From positions 32,001 through 96,000 of the forward strand of contig CAVQGX010000032.1 of the NCBI GenBank assembly GCA_963712115.1: a DNA stretch of 64,000 nt. The letters are read 5' to 3'. A program made the position numbers and the translations under genes. The DNA comes from an uncultured delta proteobacterium (GTDB lineage Bacteria > Desulfobacterota > Syntrophobacteria > BM002). The notes under the pieces were generated by a model. That model was not told the origin of the DNA. It searched no databases and was given only the letters and a program-made list of their open reading frames with translations. Position 1 is the stretch's first letter, and each line of letters begins with the position of its first letter. Shown piece after piece: positions 38,288 through 47,508 of the stretch.

Positions 38288-39571
38288 CTAGGTGTTTTCT
38301 TCTTTGATCTCTTTGACTTCGCCAATAAAATAGAGAGAGCCAGTAACCACTACCAGATCTTCGGAAGTGGCCAGAGTCATAGCCCTTTGCAGGGCCTGCG
38401 GAACTGATCTAATCAACTCAGTTTTGTTGGCAAATTCCCCCGCCACCTCCCTTAGGGATTCCGGCTCTGCTGCCCTTTCATATCTGGGGCGAGTGAGAAT
38501 AATGTGATCAGCCAAAGGAGCTAGCTTGTGCAGCATGCCCCGGAGATCTTTATCTGCCATGATTCCTAAAACTATGATTAGTCTTTTATAGGTGTACTCT
38601 TCCCGCAAAGCTTTACGCAGAGACACTATACCCGCATTATTGTGGGCACCATCGAGAAGAACTGGAGGCCGCTCGCTAAAACACTCCAGCCTTCCAGGCC
38701 AGCGGGTTTTCCTCAAACCCTCTTGAACTTCTTGTGCAGTAATCGGCTGAAGACGGCCCAGCTGCTCTAAAACCTCCAGAGCACCCAATGCAGTGGCGGC
38801 GTTGAGCAACTGGTGGCGACCAGCCAGGGGCAACTGCAAGTTCTCTAGGCGCCATTTCAGACCCCGATAGGAAAAGCACCGTTTACCCCTAGACCTAACT
38901 TTGATTTGCTGGCCAATCCTGTAGCAGGGAGCATCAAGGGCCGAACAGCGTTCTTTTATGACCGCCAAGGCCACGGGCTGCTTCACCGCGGTTATAAGTG
39001 GGACCCCCTTCTTAATGATTCCCGCCTTCTCCCGGGCAATGCTCCCTAGAGTGAAGCCAAGGAATTCTTGGTGATCAAAGGCAACGTTGTTGATGATCGT
39101 AATCTGCGGCTGAATAACGTTGGTGGCGTCCAACCGCCCACCCATACCGACTTCCAGAATGGCCCAGTCTACTTTCCCTTCTGCAAAAAGGCTGAGAGCC
39201 ATAGCTGTGGTCATCTCGAAAAATGTGGGAGGTTCGCGCTCATTGACTACATCTTTCACCTGAAGGAAGACATCCATTATTCCCCGGTCGTCCACGTCTT
39301 GGTCGTTGATTCGGAAACGTTCGTTGAACCTTACCAGGTGAGGTGAGGTATACAGACCAACCCGCATACCTATCCGGGCCAGGATGGCGGAGAGCATTGC
39401 TGCAGTAGACCCTTTGCCGTTGGTACCGGCAATGTGTATTGCTCTCAAGTTCTTATGAGGATTCCCAAGGCGTGCCAGCAGGTTGCTGGTACTGGAAAGA
39501 CCAAACTTGATGCCGTATTTTTGCAGATCGTAAAGGTAAGATAAAGCCTTATCATAACTTTCGCCACCCAC
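38288..39571 (-). CDS. folC: Bifunctional folylpolyglutamate/dihydrofolate synthase
   Basis: IAGTNGKGST, YTSPHL, EVGMGGRLDATN, LDGAHN and TGSLY. Confidence 0.96.
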   Translation of the reverse strand: MGGESYDKALSYLYDLQKYGIKFGLSSTSNLLARLGNPHKNLRAIHIAGTNGKGSTAAMLSAILARIGMRVGLYTSPHLVRFNERFRINDQDVDDRGIMDVFLQVKDVVNEREPPTFFEMTTAMALSLFAEGKVDWAILEVGMGGRLDATNVIQPQITIINNVAFDHQEFLGFTLGSIAREKAGIIKKGVPLITAVKQPVALAVIKERCSALDAPCYRIGQQIKVRSRGKRCFSYRGLKWRLENLQLPLAGRHQLLNAATALGALEVLEQLGRLQPITAQEVQEGLRKTRWPGRLECFSERPPVLLDGAHNNAGIVSLRKALREEYTYKRLIIVLGIMADKDLRGMLHKLAPLADHIILTRPRYERAAEPESLREVAGEFANKTELIRSVPQALQRAMTLATSEDLVVVTGSLYFIGEVKEIKEENT

Positions 39572-39610
39572 CTGCAGCCTTCCTCCATCTGACCCGACAA
39601 GGGGATTTCA

Positions 39611-39774
39611 AACCACAGAGATATGGAATTTTAGATTGTTGATTGTAGATTGCACCCGCCCGCCTCGCCTGAAGGCGAAGCCGATGGCGGGCAGGGATTG
39701 CAAAGTCTTCCAGTTCCTACTTGTGTCAATCTTCAATCTCAAATCTCAAATAGCCTCTGTGGACTCTGTGGTTA
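39611..39774. repeat. Composite palindromic element (inverted orientation), filled allele
   Basis: 42-bp insert at 39654-39695 flanked by GATTGC direct repeats (39648-39653 and 39696-39701). Confidence 0.82.
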
Positions 39775-39792
39775 ATCTCCCTTTCTCTCACT

Positions 39793-41928
39793 TTAGTATA
39801 TTGAACCAACGCGCTCCAGGGGCGCGAAGCCTAGATGGAGCAACCTGGTGCGCCCATCCTCAAACTGAATCTGCACCTTCACCCTGTCAGGGACGGCAAT
39901 TACCCTTCCTCTCCCAAAAAATGGATGCCGTACGGCATCTCCGGGACTGAATCCGGTTTCTTCTTCCAGCTCAGCCTTACTAACTGGAGCGGTATAAGCT
40001 TCCACTTCGTCTCCGTCATGGAAATAGTTGCCCCCTGGAAGTTCTCGTAAGAAGAGGGAAAGCGGGGCGGAATGAAAACCCGTTCTTCGATCATAAATAC
40101 GACGGGGGCAGCAGAGGTAGAGGAACTCTTTTGCTCGGGTTACTGCCACATAGAGCAACCGCCGTTCCTCTTCCAACACATCTTCATCAGCGTAAGCGTG
40201 GCTGGGAGGCAAGCGCCCCTCCACCGCAGAAATCAAAAAGACTGCACGCCACTCCAATCCCTTGGCCGAATGAATGGTGGAGAGCACCAGGTGGTCCTTG
40301 GCTAAATCTGGATGGTTTTCGGGAATGTTAGAACTTGGTGGCTCCAGGGCAACGTCCGCCAGGAACTCCTCCAAGCGCTCGTACTTCAAGGTCCAGTCTT
40401 GCAGATAATCCAACTCTCTTAGTCGTTTCGGATAGTCGTCATATTTGCTCACCAGAACTGGTTCGTAGTAGTCGCGGACCGCCCTTACTTGCTGGCTTAC
40501 GGTGAGACCAGCTTTGGAAAGTTCTTCGAATAAGTGCACCAGACGGTGAAGACCATGTTTGGCAGGAAGTTTTCGAGCATATGAGGCCAGTCTCTCTAGG
40601 CCCTTGCTGCTCTGACCGAGGTATTGAATAATTTCCTGACTGCGTTTGCTTCCTACCTGGCTGACTAGAAGTAGCAGCCGATTCCAACTGATTCGATCGC
40701 CGGGGCTTTTGAGGGCGCGCAAATGCGCCAGTAGATCTTTCACATGGGCCGACTCTATGAATTTAAAGCCACCATATTTCACAAAATTAATTCCCAGCCT
40801 AGTCAAGGCCACTTCGAGGTCGAAGGAATGGTAGCTCGCCCTGAAGAGCACGGCGATTTCCTTCAGGGGCACCCCTTTAAGTTGCAGTTCCTTTATTTTC
40901 CTGCAGATGTAATCGGACTGAGCGGACTCGTCCTCTGGCCTTAATAACCAAGGACGCTCTCCCTCGGCCTTGCGGGTGTAAAGACACTTAGTGTATTTCT
41001 GCCGCGACGACTGAATTATGCCATTGGCGAGGTCGAGCACAGGTTGAGGACTGCGATAGTTCTCCTCCAACTTCAAGACTCTCGACTGGGGAAACAATTT
41101 AGGAAAGTCCAAAATATTGCGGAAGTGAGCACCCCGAAAAGAATAAATCGACTGGCTGTCGTCGCCCACCACCATGACATTCTGATGAGACGTTGCCAGA
41201 GCTTGAACTATTTCAGCCTGCAAAATATTGGTATCCTGGTACTCATCGACTAGAAGGTAACTGTAGTGGGCAGAGAGCTGCAAGCAAACCTCTTGGTGCT
41301 CCCGCAGCAACCTGCTGAGATATACCAGCAAGTCGTCAAAATCCAACATCTGATGCTGACGTTTGTATGAGTTATAATGCTGCCGTAATTCCGACAGTTC
41401 TACCTGATATTGGAGGAACTGCTCATATTCACAAGTAAGCACCTGCTCCAGAGTCTCAGCCCGATTTACCGACTTACTAAAGATGTCCGAGATAGTGGAC
41501 TTCTTGGGAAAACGTCTGTTTTGCTCACGAAAGCCAAGATTTCCCACCAGAAAATTCAACACATCTTCCGCATCTGACCGATCGATGATACTGAAATCAG
41601 ATCCGAGAGAAAGGTATGTGCCATAGCGGTGCAGCACCCTGTTGGCAAGCCAGTGGAAAGTTCCTCCCACCACCTTTTGACAACGATGATCGAGCATCGA
41701 GATTGCTCGAGATATCATTTCGCTGGAGGCTCTCCGAGTGAAGGTTAAGAGCAGAATGGATCCCGGGTCCACCCCTTGCTCCACTAGCCAGGCAACCCTA
41801 TAAACCAAGGTTCGGGTTTTACCGCTACCCGCACCGGCTACAACCAGCATCGGCCCATCCCCTGCAGTGACCGCTTGGTATTGGGCTTCGTTTAGCTCAC
41901 CTTTGTAGTTGATACGTCTCGTTGTCAT
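39793..41928 (-). CDS. UvrD/PcrA/Rep-family ATP-dependent helicase
   Basis: AGAGSGKT, VDEYQDTN, GDDSQSIYSFRGA, STIHSAKGLEW, EERRLLYVAVTRA and a C-terminal Tudor-like domain. Confidence 0.93.
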   Translation of the reverse strand: MTTRRINYKGELNEAQYQAVTAGDGPMLVVAGAGSGKTRTLVYRVAWLVEQGVDPGSILLLTFTRRASSEMISRAISMLDHRCQKVVGGTFHWLANRVLHRYGTYLSLGSDFSIIDRSDAEDVLNFLVGNLGFREQNRRFPKKSTISDIFSKSVNRAETLEQVLTCEYEQFLQYQVELSELRQHYNSYKRQHQMLDFDDLLVYLSRLLREHQEVCLQLSAHYSYLLVDEYQDTNILQAEIVQALATSHQNVMVVGDDSQSIYSFRGAHFRNILDFPKLFPQSRVLKLEENYRSPQPVLDLANGIIQSSRQKYTKCLYTRKAEGERPWLLRPEDESAQSDYICRKIKELQLKGVPLKEIAVLFRASYHSFDLEVALTRLGINFVKYGGFKFIESAHVKDLLAHLRALKSPGDRISWNRLLLLVSQVGSKRSQEIIQYLGQSSKGLERLASYARKLPAKHGLHRLVHLFEELSKAGLTVSQQVRAVRDYYEPVLVSKYDDYPKRLRELDYLQDWTLKYERLEEFLADVALEPPSSNIPENHPDLAKDHLVLSTIHSAKGLEWRAVFLISAVEGRLPPSHAYADEDVLEEERRLLYVAVTRAKEFLYLCCPRRIYDRRTGFHSAPLSLFLRELPGGNYFHDGDEVEAYTAPVSKAELEEETGFSPGDAVRHPFFGRGRVIAVPDRVKVQIQFEDGRTRLLHLGFAPLERVGSIY

Positions 41929-42103
41929 AATGGAAAGAGAGAACTTGAGCTCTTAGTGTGTGGTTTTTTCCCACCGTCTGGAAGGATGAGAGTCGATGGA
42001 GTATTGGAGTGCACTGCTCCAATATAGTCTGAGTCGTAAGGCAACAACAAATGATTAATAGCAAAGTTTATTGTTTTAGCCTGCACGGTGTGGCTTCAGC
42101 CAG

Positions 42104-43630
42104 CTACGACCGGCTGAAGTATTCCACAACTTCGGCTGTCAGAGCTTCGGTGGTGTATTCTTCTGGCATAATGTTGACCTCTAAACCATGCTCGCGGGCT
42201 GTCTGTGCAGTGATTGGCCCTATGCAAGCAATGGAGGCCTTCTCCACCAGGGATGGCAGATCGTCCTCAGCAAACATTTCCGCGAAGTTCTGTACGGTGG
42301 AGGAACTAGTGAAGGTGATACAGGAAATAACCCCTTTTTTTAGGAGGTCTCTAACTTCTTCTCTTTTCCCGGTTGGACGAATAGTCTCATAGACAGTTAC
42401 TACATCTATCCGCCCACCCATCTCTTCTATCATTTCCGGCAGGATTTCCCTCGCCTTTGCAGCCCTCGGCAATAGAAACCTCTTACCACGCACCTCGTCT
42501 GCACCCAGCCCGTCAATCACTGCCTCGGCCCGATACTCTGCCGGGATAAAATCAAGTCGTAAACCACGTTCCTCCAGACCTGCAGCAGTTTTGGGCCCTA
42601 TGGCACCGACTTTGATGCCGTGAAGAGCCCGCACATCTTCGCCTTTTTCTTGGAGGCGTTGAAAAAAGAAGCGCACGCCATTGATGCTGGTAAAAATTAC
42701 CCAGTCATAGTGGTCGAGGTTCTGAATAGCTTGATCGACTGGGCCCCAATTGGCGGGAGGTATCACCTCAATAGTTGGAAACTCAAGACATTGGGCGCCC
42801 TGCTCCTCTAGTAAAAGGCGAAAATCACTGGCCTGCTCTCGCGCCCTGGTCACAACCACCGTCTTGCCAAACAGTGGCCTCTCCTCAAACCAGTTGAGAT
42901 GTTGCCGCAATCCTGCGACCTCTCCAACCACGATGATGGCGGGGGGCTTGAGCCCAGTTGACTCTGCGATCCCGGCAATATTGCCAAGTGTCCCAACAAC
43001 TGTTTGCTGTTCTGCAGTCGTGCCCCACCGAATTACTGCCACTGGGGTTTCCGCTGCCCTCCCATGAGCGATCAACTGAGAGGCGATGAACTCCAGGTTC
43101 TTCACTCCCATTAGAAATACCAGGGTTCCCACACTGGTGGCCAGTCGATCCCAGTGGATTTCGGACTTCTCCTTTCCAGGCATTTCATGTCCGGTTACGA
43201 AGGCCACCGAGGCAGAAAGTCCTCTGTGGGTCAGGGGAATGCCTGCGTATGCCGGAACAGCAATAGCCGATGTAACCCCTGGCACGACCTCAAATCTAAC
43301 ACCAGCTTCCCTCAGGGCAAGAGCTTCTTCTCCGCCGCGACCGAAGATGAAAGGGTCTCCCCCCTTTAGACGGACCACCACCGAACTGCGCCCTTTCTCC
43401 ACCAGTAGAGCATTTATTTGCTCTTGACTCATGGCGTGATCCCCTGCTTTTTTCCCTACATAGATCCGCTCCGCCTGAGGAGGGGCGAATTCCAGCAGTT
43501 TGTCACTGGCTAGGTAGTCGTAGATAATCACCTCTGCCTGCTGAAGACAAGCTACTGCTTTAATAGTAGCAAGGGCCGGATCACCTGGACCGGCCCCAAC
43601 CAAATATACCCTACCTTGCTGCGCTTCCAA
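42104..43630 (-). CDS. cobA: Uroporphyrinogen-III C-methyltransferase / uroporphyrinogen-III synthase fusion (CobA-HemD)
   Basis: LVGAGPGDP and RLKGGDPFIFGRGGEE; C-half VVVTRAREQA, FTSING and FTSSSTV. Confidence 0.95.
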   Translation of the reverse strand: MEAQQGRVYLVGAGPGDPALATIKAVACLQQAEVIIYDYLASDKLLEFAPPQAERIYVGKKAGDHAMSQEQINALLVEKGRSSVVVRLKGGDPFIFGRGGEEALALREAGVRFEVVPGVTSAIAVPAYAGIPLTHRGLSASVAFVTGHEMPGKEKSEIHWDRLATSVGTLVFLMGVKNLEFIASQLIAHGRAAETPVAVIRWGTTAEQQTVVGTLGNIAGIAESTGLKPPAIIVVGEVAGLRQHLNWFEERPLFGKTVVVTRAREQASDFRLLLEEQGAQCLEFPTIEVIPPANWGPVDQAIQNLDHYDWVIFTSINGVRFFFQRLQEKGEDVRALHGIKVGAIGPKTAAGLEERGLRLDFIPAEYRAEAVIDGLGADEVRGKRFLLPRAAKAREILPEMIEEMGGRIDVVTVYETIRPTGKREEVRDLLKKGVISCITFTSSSTVQNFAEMFAEDDLPSLVEKASIACIGPITAQTAREHGLEVNIMPEEYTTEALTAEVVEYFSRS

Positions 43631-43700
43631 CGGTAGATCACCCTTTCTCTGGTGGCTAAGGCAGTGCTTAACTCACCTTCGGAAAATTACTCCATTTTGC

Positions 43701-44642
43701 CTAGTGGTTGCCGTATATCTCCGCCAAAATTTCTCTTCCACCTGATTCCAGAACCACTTCCGCCAAACTTTCTCCAACAACCTCTGGCTGTCGGGCATCC
43801 CCGCGCATTTCTTTACGGATCAGCCGGACACCTTTCAGATCGGCTACCATTCCGGTGAGGATCAGGGTTTCACCCTCCATGGTCGCGTAACCGCCAATGG
43901 GCACCTGGCAACCACCTTCCAATCTCTTCAGAAAAGCACGTTCCGCCCTGACTGTGGTCACGGTTTGCTGGTGAATGAGGCTCGCCACTATTTCGTTTGT
44001 AGAAACGTCACCAATTCTTGTCTCTATTCCCAATGCTCCCTGTCCAACCGCCGGCAGTATCCGCTCCGGTTCAAGGTACTCGGAGATAACTTGGCTTAGT
44101 TCCATCCGTTTCAGCCCTGCAGCGGCCAGCACAATAGCATCTAAACCTTCACTTTCCAGCTTGCGCAACCGGGTATCCACATTTCCCCTCAAGGTTTCAA
44201 TGCGTAAATCAGGGCGCAGGTGAAGGAGTTGGGCAGCTCGCCGCAAACTACTAGTACCCACTCGAGCTCCATGGGGCAACTTATCAAGACCTGCGCCGTT
44301 TTTACTAATGAGCGCATCCCGCGGATCTTCCCTGGGCGGCATTGCCGCCAGGTGCAGCCCCTCGGGAAGCTCGGCCGGCATATCCTTAACGCTATGAACG
44401 GCCAGGTCTGCCCTACCGTCCAGCAGGGCCTCCTCGATCTCTTTGACAAAAAGACCCTTGCCTCCAACCATTGCCAGAGGAACGTCGAGGATCTTATCGC
44501 CCGTGGTCTTGATGACCACCAGTTCTACGATAAGTTCTTGCTGCCCTCTCAGCAGTTGAGATTTTACCCACTCTGCTTGCCACAGAGCTAGGGCGCTGCC
44601 CCGGGTTCCAATACGCAACCGTCTCTGCTCAGTCATGGACAT
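43701..44642 (-). CDS. hemC: Hydroxymethylbilane synthase
   Basis: IGTRGSALALWQA, AVHSVKD, GTSSLRR and LEGGCQVPIG. Confidence 0.98.
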   Translation of the reverse strand: MSMTEQRRLRIGTRGSALALWQAEWVKSQLLRGQQELIVELVVIKTTGDKILDVPLAMVGGKGLFVKEIEEALLDGRADLAVHSVKDMPAELPEGLHLAAMPPREDPRDALISKNGAGLDKLPHGARVGTSSLRRAAQLLHLRPDLRIETLRGNVDTRLRKLESEGLDAIVLAAAGLKRMELSQVISEYLEPERILPAVGQGALGIETRIGDVSTNEIVASLIHQQTVTTVRAERAFLKRLEGGCQVPIGGYATMEGETLILTGMVADLKGVRLIRKEMRGDARQPEVVGESLAEVVLESGGREILAEIYGNH

Positions 44643-44660
44643 ATTTCTAATTCGTGGCAG

Positions 44661-44894
44661 CTAGTTGCAGCTGCCGCAATTGGTAGCGGCACAGCCGCTG
44701 CAACCACTTGCTCCACTGCCCATCCTGCTGCTCGCTGCACCTTTGTCTCCGCCACTTTTAAAACCAAATACGGATAGTACTCGCTGGACATTGTCCGTGC
44801 TGCACGTCGGACAGGCCACAGGGTCAGAGGAGCGAAATACTAGAGTCTCAAATTCTCTATCACAGCTCTCACAATAGTACTCATAAATGGGCAT
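44661..44894 (-). CDS. FmdB-family zinc-ribbon protein
   Basis: MPIYEYYCESC...CPTC plus a C-terminal Cys cluster (CSGCAATNCGSC). Confidence 0.9.
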   Translation of the reverse strand: MPIYEYYCESCDREFETLVFRSSDPVACPTCSTDNVQRVLSVFGFKSGGDKGAASSRMGSGASGCSGCAATNCGSCN

Positions 44895-45038
44895 GAGTAT
44901 CTCCTGAATTGTCAGGTGCTTCTAGCCCGCATACTGACTTGCTTGTATACACCAAACGTGAATAATAGCAGCACAAGAGACTGCTGACAACAAACTACTG
45001 AAAGCATTACTCCCCGGGATTTTTCGCCAATATCCAGG

Positions 45039-45410
45039 CTAAGCCCTTTCTATCCTCACTGATGTGCCTGAGGCGACAGACAAAAACCCCTTGGGATCAT
45101 CCAAAAGCTGGCCCACTAGGTTGACCGCACTGGCAGGCCGAATTTCCCCAGGGCCGCTAATGGGTGTGGCACCGAAGAAAATACAAAAGGCTTCACCCTG
45201 CGGCCAGTAACCCAAATCTCCTAACTGTACAAGTTCTCTGGCGTCAGTTTCTAGATCCTGCGACACCGGAATCCGAAAATAGATTTCTTCTCCCCAGGTG
45301 TTTGCCGAACCTTCGATCGGCAAGGCTTGCCATATGGCCCCGGCTGTCGGCGACTCGTTGAGTTCTGCCCTAGCCTCTACTTCGCCGGCCTTTATCAAAA
45401 TTTTCTTCAT
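45039..45410 (-). CDS. Cyclophilin-like fold protein (DUF369 type)
   Basis: ALPIEGSANTWGEEIYF and GDLGYWPQGEAFCIFFGATP; start moved to MKKILIK. Confidence 0.85.
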   Translation of the reverse strand: MKKILIKAGEVEARAELNESPTAGAIWQALPIEGSANTWGEEIYFRIPVSQDLETDARELVQLGDLGYWPQGEAFCIFFGATPISGPGEIRPASAVNLVGQLLDDPKGFLSVASGTSVRIERA

Positions 45411-45573
45411 TCCCCGCCACCTATGTCGACCGCTTTGCTCAGAGAGCAGGCATTGCGAGACGGGCAAGAATAGCGAGACTGGCGAGAGGCGCAAGAAAAA
45501 AATACCAATTTGGCCTTTCTCCCGCCATCGCGTCTCGCCCGACCTCCCGTCTCGCTGCAGCCTAAGCTCTAAT

Positions 45574-46536
45574 TTACCCTGAATCTATTGACTCAATAAC
45601 CGCCGCTGCCAGCAGCGGAAACATGATCTCGTGGTGGCCGATAAGTTCAAAACCTTTGCCCCCTTCCTGGGTTGGACGTTTTAACACATTAACTATGGGT
45701 CTATAGTGTCGGTTGAAGTCCAGGTTAACTGCGGTGAAGTCTCGCACCTGGTGGCCCAGATTTCTTACCAAAGTTATGGCTTTGAGAAAAATCTCAGGTA
45801 GAATTACCGCTGAGCCGAGGTTCAGATATACGCCTCTTTCCAGTGAAGCCACTAAACCGGCAAAAATTCGGAAATCCAGGTGGGTTGCGCTACCGGTCGC
45901 TGCTGGATCCAGGCTTGGATGCAGGTGAATAATGTCGGTGCCCAAGGCAACATGCACTGTTACGGGCACTCCAAGTCTCACCCCCTCGGCAAGAATCGAT
46001 TTTTCTAAGTGAGGGGCTTTGGCCCGCAAGAGTGCCCGTCCTACCGCCGCACCCAACCCGAGATCCCCCTCCCTTTCTTGGGCTACGGCTCGGTTCAGAA
46101 AATCCGCAGTCTCATGGCTCATGCCAAAGCTGCCATCCGCAAGTGACTCGGCCACATCCTCTGAAGTCTTGCCGGCCATGGCCATTTCAGCGTCATGTAT
46201 TATGCCAGCGCCGTTCATGGCCACACCGCTCAGTACTCCCCTTTCCATTAGATCGATAATTATCGGACTGAGTCCAACCTTGATAGGGTGCGCTCCCATA
46301 CCAAGCAATACCAGTCGGTTCTGCTCTCTAGCCTTACATATCCTCCGTACCACTTCCCTCAAGTCAGCCGCCCCCAGGACGGAAGGAAGCCGTTTTAAAA
46401 ACTCGCCAAAAGGTTGCCCTTTGTCCCAGGTCTGGCCGATGTCGGCCAATGACACCTTACTTTTTCGTTCGCCAAGATTGGAGGTGCGAATCCCTTCAAG
46501 TGAAATGGGTTTGCTTTTGTAACTATCTTTACTCAT
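45574..46536 (-). CDS. Conserved hypothetical protein, deoxyhypusine-synthase-like fold
   Basis: LGMGAHPIKVGLSPIIIDLM...AMNGAGIIHD and YLNLGSAVILPE resemble DHS NAD-binding segments; ATGA overlap with gmhA. Confidence 0.7.
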   Translation of the reverse strand: MSKDSYKSKPISLEGIRTSNLGERKSKVSLADIGQTWDKGQPFGEFLKRLPSVLGAADLREVVRRICKAREQNRLVLLGMGAHPIKVGLSPIIIDLMERGVLSGVAMNGAGIIHDAEMAMAGKTSEDVAESLADGSFGMSHETADFLNRAVAQEREGDLGLGAAVGRALLRAKAPHLEKSILAEGVRLGVPVTVHVALGTDIIHLHPSLDPAATGSATHLDFRIFAGLVASLERGVYLNLGSAVILPEIFLKAITLVRNLGHQVRDFTAVNLDFNRHYRPIVNVLKRPTQEGGKGFELIGHHEIMFPLLAAAVIESIDSG

Positions 46537-47126
46537 GGAGATGAAAGCCTCTGGAAAAGTTGGTAATCTACGAGTTCACAGATGATATGGGCCATGGTGA
46601 TGTGACACTCTTGAATCCGAGCGGTATTTTCCGCATCCACCCTAAGCAAAACCTGCGCAAATTCGGCCATCTTCCCGGCGCCTGAGCCGGTCATGCCAAT
46701 AGTGCGCAGTCCTCGATTCCGAGCAACCCTCAATCCGGCTAGGACATTGGCCGCCTCTCCACTTGTACTGATGCCCCAGGCCACATCTCCTTCCATGCCC
46801 AGCGCCTTTATCTGCTTGCTGAAAATGTCATCGAAGTTGTAATCGTTGCCCACGCTCGTAAGAATAGAAGTATTTGTGGTCAAAGCCATGGCAGGTAGCG
46901 GCGGTCGTTCGATCATAAATTTGTTAACAAATTCAGCCGCAATGTGCTGGGCATCGGCGGCTGAACCGCCATTGCCAAAAATCATCAACTTACTTTCATT
47001 GTTAAAAGCTTCCACAATCACGGTGGCGGCACGGATCAATGACTCTTGATTGTTTTTTAGGCATCTCCGCTTAGCCTCGATGCTTTCCACAAAACTCCGC
47101 TCGATAATACTTTTCATTTCCTCCAT
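46533..47126 (-). CDS. gmhA: Phosphoheptose isomerase
   Basis: GNGGSAADAQHIAAE, GNDY, ISTSG and TARIQECH. Confidence 0.96.
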   Translation of the reverse strand: MEEMKSIIERSFVESIEAKRRCLKNNQESLIRAATVIVEAFNNESKLMIFGNGGSAADAQHIAAEFVNKFMIERPPLPAMALTTNTSILTSVGNDYNFDDIFSKQIKALGMEGDVAWGISTSGEAANVLAGLRVARNRGLRTIGMTGSGAGKMAEFAQVLLRVDAENTARIQECHITMAHIICELVDYQLFQRLSSP

Positions 47127-47232
47127 AGATGCACCTTGCTATCCTCTTGGAGTTATGGGTCCTTCTATCTATATGACCAACCCATCCTTGTCAATCTAAA
47201 GTGCTAAAAGCTATTTATCATATATCATTGCC

Positions 47233-47457
47233 CATTTCTCATTTTCCATTCGGGGATAAAACCAAAAGCTATTTTTGGGTTCATCGGGTATTTGCTTGGA
47301 TGGTCATCTTTTGGCCATCAACACTGTGGCCACCTTGGGACAGGGGGAGGTCCGAGAACTCCCCTTGTCCCATCCACGTCTTACATCATCGCATCCAATC
47401 AAATCCCGAATGAAGCTAATTTTAAAAAGAATAATGAAAAATGCGAAATGACAAATG
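47233..47457. repeat. TIR element (47280-47414) nested in an AAATG heptamer inverted module
   Basis: TTCATCGGGTATTTGCTTGGATG ... CATCCAATCAAATCCCGAATGAA; internal hairpin TGGGACAGGGGGAG/CTCCCCTTGTCCCA; outer arms CATTTCTCATTTTCCATT / AATGAAAAATGCGAAATG. Confidence 0.8.
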
Positions 47458-47508
47458 TGCTTAGTGTCTTGTTTTCACCAGGCTGTCTGCTTCCAACTTT
47501 CGTTGTAC

